Positions 61,513-64,000 of a stretch of 64,000 nt of DNA are shown piece after piece. The translations under genes and the position numbers were made by a program. The stretch spans positions 143,096,001 to 143,160,000 of the forward strand of contig OX597816.1 of assembly GCA_951406725.2 (NCBI GenBank), written 5' to 3'. Every line of letters starts with the position of its first letter. The first letter of the stretch is position 1. This stretch comes from Octopus vulgaris (taxonomy: Eukaryota). Below the pieces are notes generated by a model, which was given only the letters and a program-made list of their open reading frames with translations, was not told the DNA's origin and did no database searches.

Positions 61513-64000
61513 CATGTTTGCGCTCGTATATGTATATCTGTTTATGTTAACAAGTGTAAACTAGTGTGTCAAGTGGACAAGCTAAGAAATAAATATCGAT
61601 ACGCATAAGACAAAAATAAATACTGGGTCTGATATGGTTAACTAAAAACACTTGATGGAAATGTCCCAGCATACCCACACAAGCCAATGACTGAAACCAG
61701 AAAAAGAATATTCCAGAGCAAATATGAAAGAGGTGGTAGTTCTAGGGATTGTTAATTCGTGATATGATCTCACAAATGTAAAGAAATGGTTGAGCACATG
61801 GTTTAGCAGTTAGGGTCTTGAGCACATGACCATAAGGTCATGAGTTTGGTTTTTAGACCAAGTACCATTTTGTTTTTTTAATGTGTCCAGTCAACTCAGC
61901 TGAAAATAAGTATCAGCTGAGTGTTAGTACCATCTTTTCACCCTCCAGCTGTTCACATCCTGATTGTTTAGATGGATTGAGATGAGTGGGCCAAAAGGGT
62001 GTCTGTAATGCTTGAACTACATAGGCACCTAGAATAATTAGAGAAAACATGATTAGACTATCAGATTAAATTTGTTTTTGAGTGATGGTTAAGCTTTAGG
62101 CTTCTCACATACATATAAAATAAATATTAAAAGAAAAAAAACACTGCAAGTGTAAAACTCTAGAATATATCTCTAAGAATCAAATTCTTACAGCTGCATA
62201 AAAAAAAACCGAAATAATGAAGACTTTGATTGGTTCAGTGTTAGAATGAATAAGTTACAGCCCAGACAAAACTCATCCTATATAATGATGGAACACTGAA
62301 ATAAAGTAAACATGAAATTTGAAGAAAAAGATTAATAAAAACATTAATAGAATAGAAAGAGAAAACAAAATAATAGTAATAAAGAGAAAATGTACCAGAC
62401 AGAGAGAAGTGAGAACGCATGTTTATACAATGAGATTGTGTTATGTGCAAATGAGGATGGTAAGAGGACAAAGAACACAAGAGACTGGGAGTGGGGAAGA
62501 ACAACAAAAGAAAGATGTCACAAATAAAAAAAGAAGGCATAATGATTTGGGTATGTTGACAATAAAAAGGAAATTACTTTCTCCCTGAATCTTTTTTGGA
62601 TACTTCATGGGGTAAGATTATATTTGATGAATATATTTTATTCTCTATCTTCAGACTGGTATATTTTCAACATGTGGTGGGTATTTAGATATTTTTTTCA
62701 AATAATCACCCATGTCAGCACCCACTAATCTTGGCAATAATCTAATGGTTACTTCCTCCCCTTTCTTGATTTGTGAAGGATTAATCTAAAGAAGAGCAGT
62801 ATAAGTACCTAAATCTCTTTTAGGGACATCCAGACTGGAGTGTACAGTTAAGTGTCATATTAGTACAGTTTACAATTCTATGTAAATTGTTTAATGAAAA
62901 TATTAAAATAACTGCAGAGAAAATTAAATCAGGGGTTGAGGAATATAGTTCTGATTAAAAAATGAAGATAATCCCATCAAGAGTCTCAGGAAACTATTAG
63001 AATACATTGGCATGTCTTCATAAAGAAACAGCAAAAAATGAAGTGTTTTTGAGTGCCCTGAAGAGTAGAAATATCTGGGTATATTTATTTTGATGAGAAG
63101 AGCCTTACCCAGATCATTATATTTTCTTATTTTCACATTACACCAATACATTTCACCTCATTGCTTTTCATTGGGCAAGGAAGATTTAAGTAGCTTCAAG
63201 ATTATAGTTGAAATGACAGGATGAGAAAATGTGGGCATATTTGAGTGAGTGTAAAAGGTAACATAAAATCAATAAGTTCAGATGAGCTGAAACAATTGTA
63301 GTAGCAGTCAGGGATCACTGCAATAACAGAAAGAAACCATTGACTGTAGAGAATTTCAGAGTATAGAATGTAATGTACTCTGCATTTTCAATAAAGTAAA
63401 CTGTTTGAAATATATATTTACTCCCTTCAAGGTAATACCATATCTCTACAACACTGACTCTTACCAATGCAACACTAATCTTAAAATTTTAGTGATTATT
63501 AGAGGTGTCTTTAGTGTCGCTCATATTGTGATAAGAGAAAAAAGTGGAAATTGTTTTTATGAATGGTAAGGCTTCATGAGTATATATGTCAATACTAAAT
63601 CAATTTTATCAACAGTCAATCAAAGCAAAATAATAATGAAGATGAAAGAAAGCAACTTTTCCTCTTCTTGTTATTAAATGGGTGCAAAAACTGTCATGTT
63701 GATGTTAGGTTTGGTTCGTTACTGGATTTAAGTAATCTATTTCTATATTTAGTTTGATAATTGCTATCATTTATATATTATATTTATTTTGAACATTGGA
63801 ATAAATCTATAAATTATTAAAACCAGGGATAAAGTCAATCAAATACACTCTTTACTTTATCAGTCTTACAAAGATGAAAGACAAAGTTACTGAACTCAGA
63901 ATATAGAGTAACAAAATTACTGTTTATTTCTTGTTACATGACAAAGTTTATAATTTATATACTCTATTAAACACTGAATATCTTCTCACATAAGAGAATT

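Overview
This is AT-rich eukaryotic genomic DNA, probably from an octopus-type cephalopod. That assignment is inferred from the repeat content: (GAT)n-tailed RTE LINEs and their SINE-like tails, tRNA-type SINEs and dense (TA)n/(CA)n arrays. Most ORFs in the track are spurious or are transposon debris. The main host feature is part of a minus-strand spliced gene encoding tandem WSC carbohydrate-binding domains. I reconstructed it by hand from GT-AG exons: 49624-49589, 43706-43565, 23464-23340, 19828-19793, 15701-15566, 13458-13331 and probably 8333-8304. All junctions are phase-compatible, and the start and end of the gene are not resolved in this window. The introns are packed with transposons: two maT (DD37D-type) elements, two mariner remnants, a young CpG-rich Tc1, a piggyBac-type MITE, fold-back MITEs, nested RTE LINEs and many SINEs. 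The most unusual items are (1) a near-full-length 5.8S rRNA retrocopy with a short non-rRNA tail and an exact 13-bp target-site duplication, inserted in an RTE ORF; (2) a C4HC3 PHD-like finger downstream of the RT region in the RTE family; (3) a repeating microexon + two-exon WSC module with a competing in-frame terminal exon; (4) several long intronic hairpins; and (5) an unassigned CpG-rich element with exact 39-bp direct repeats.
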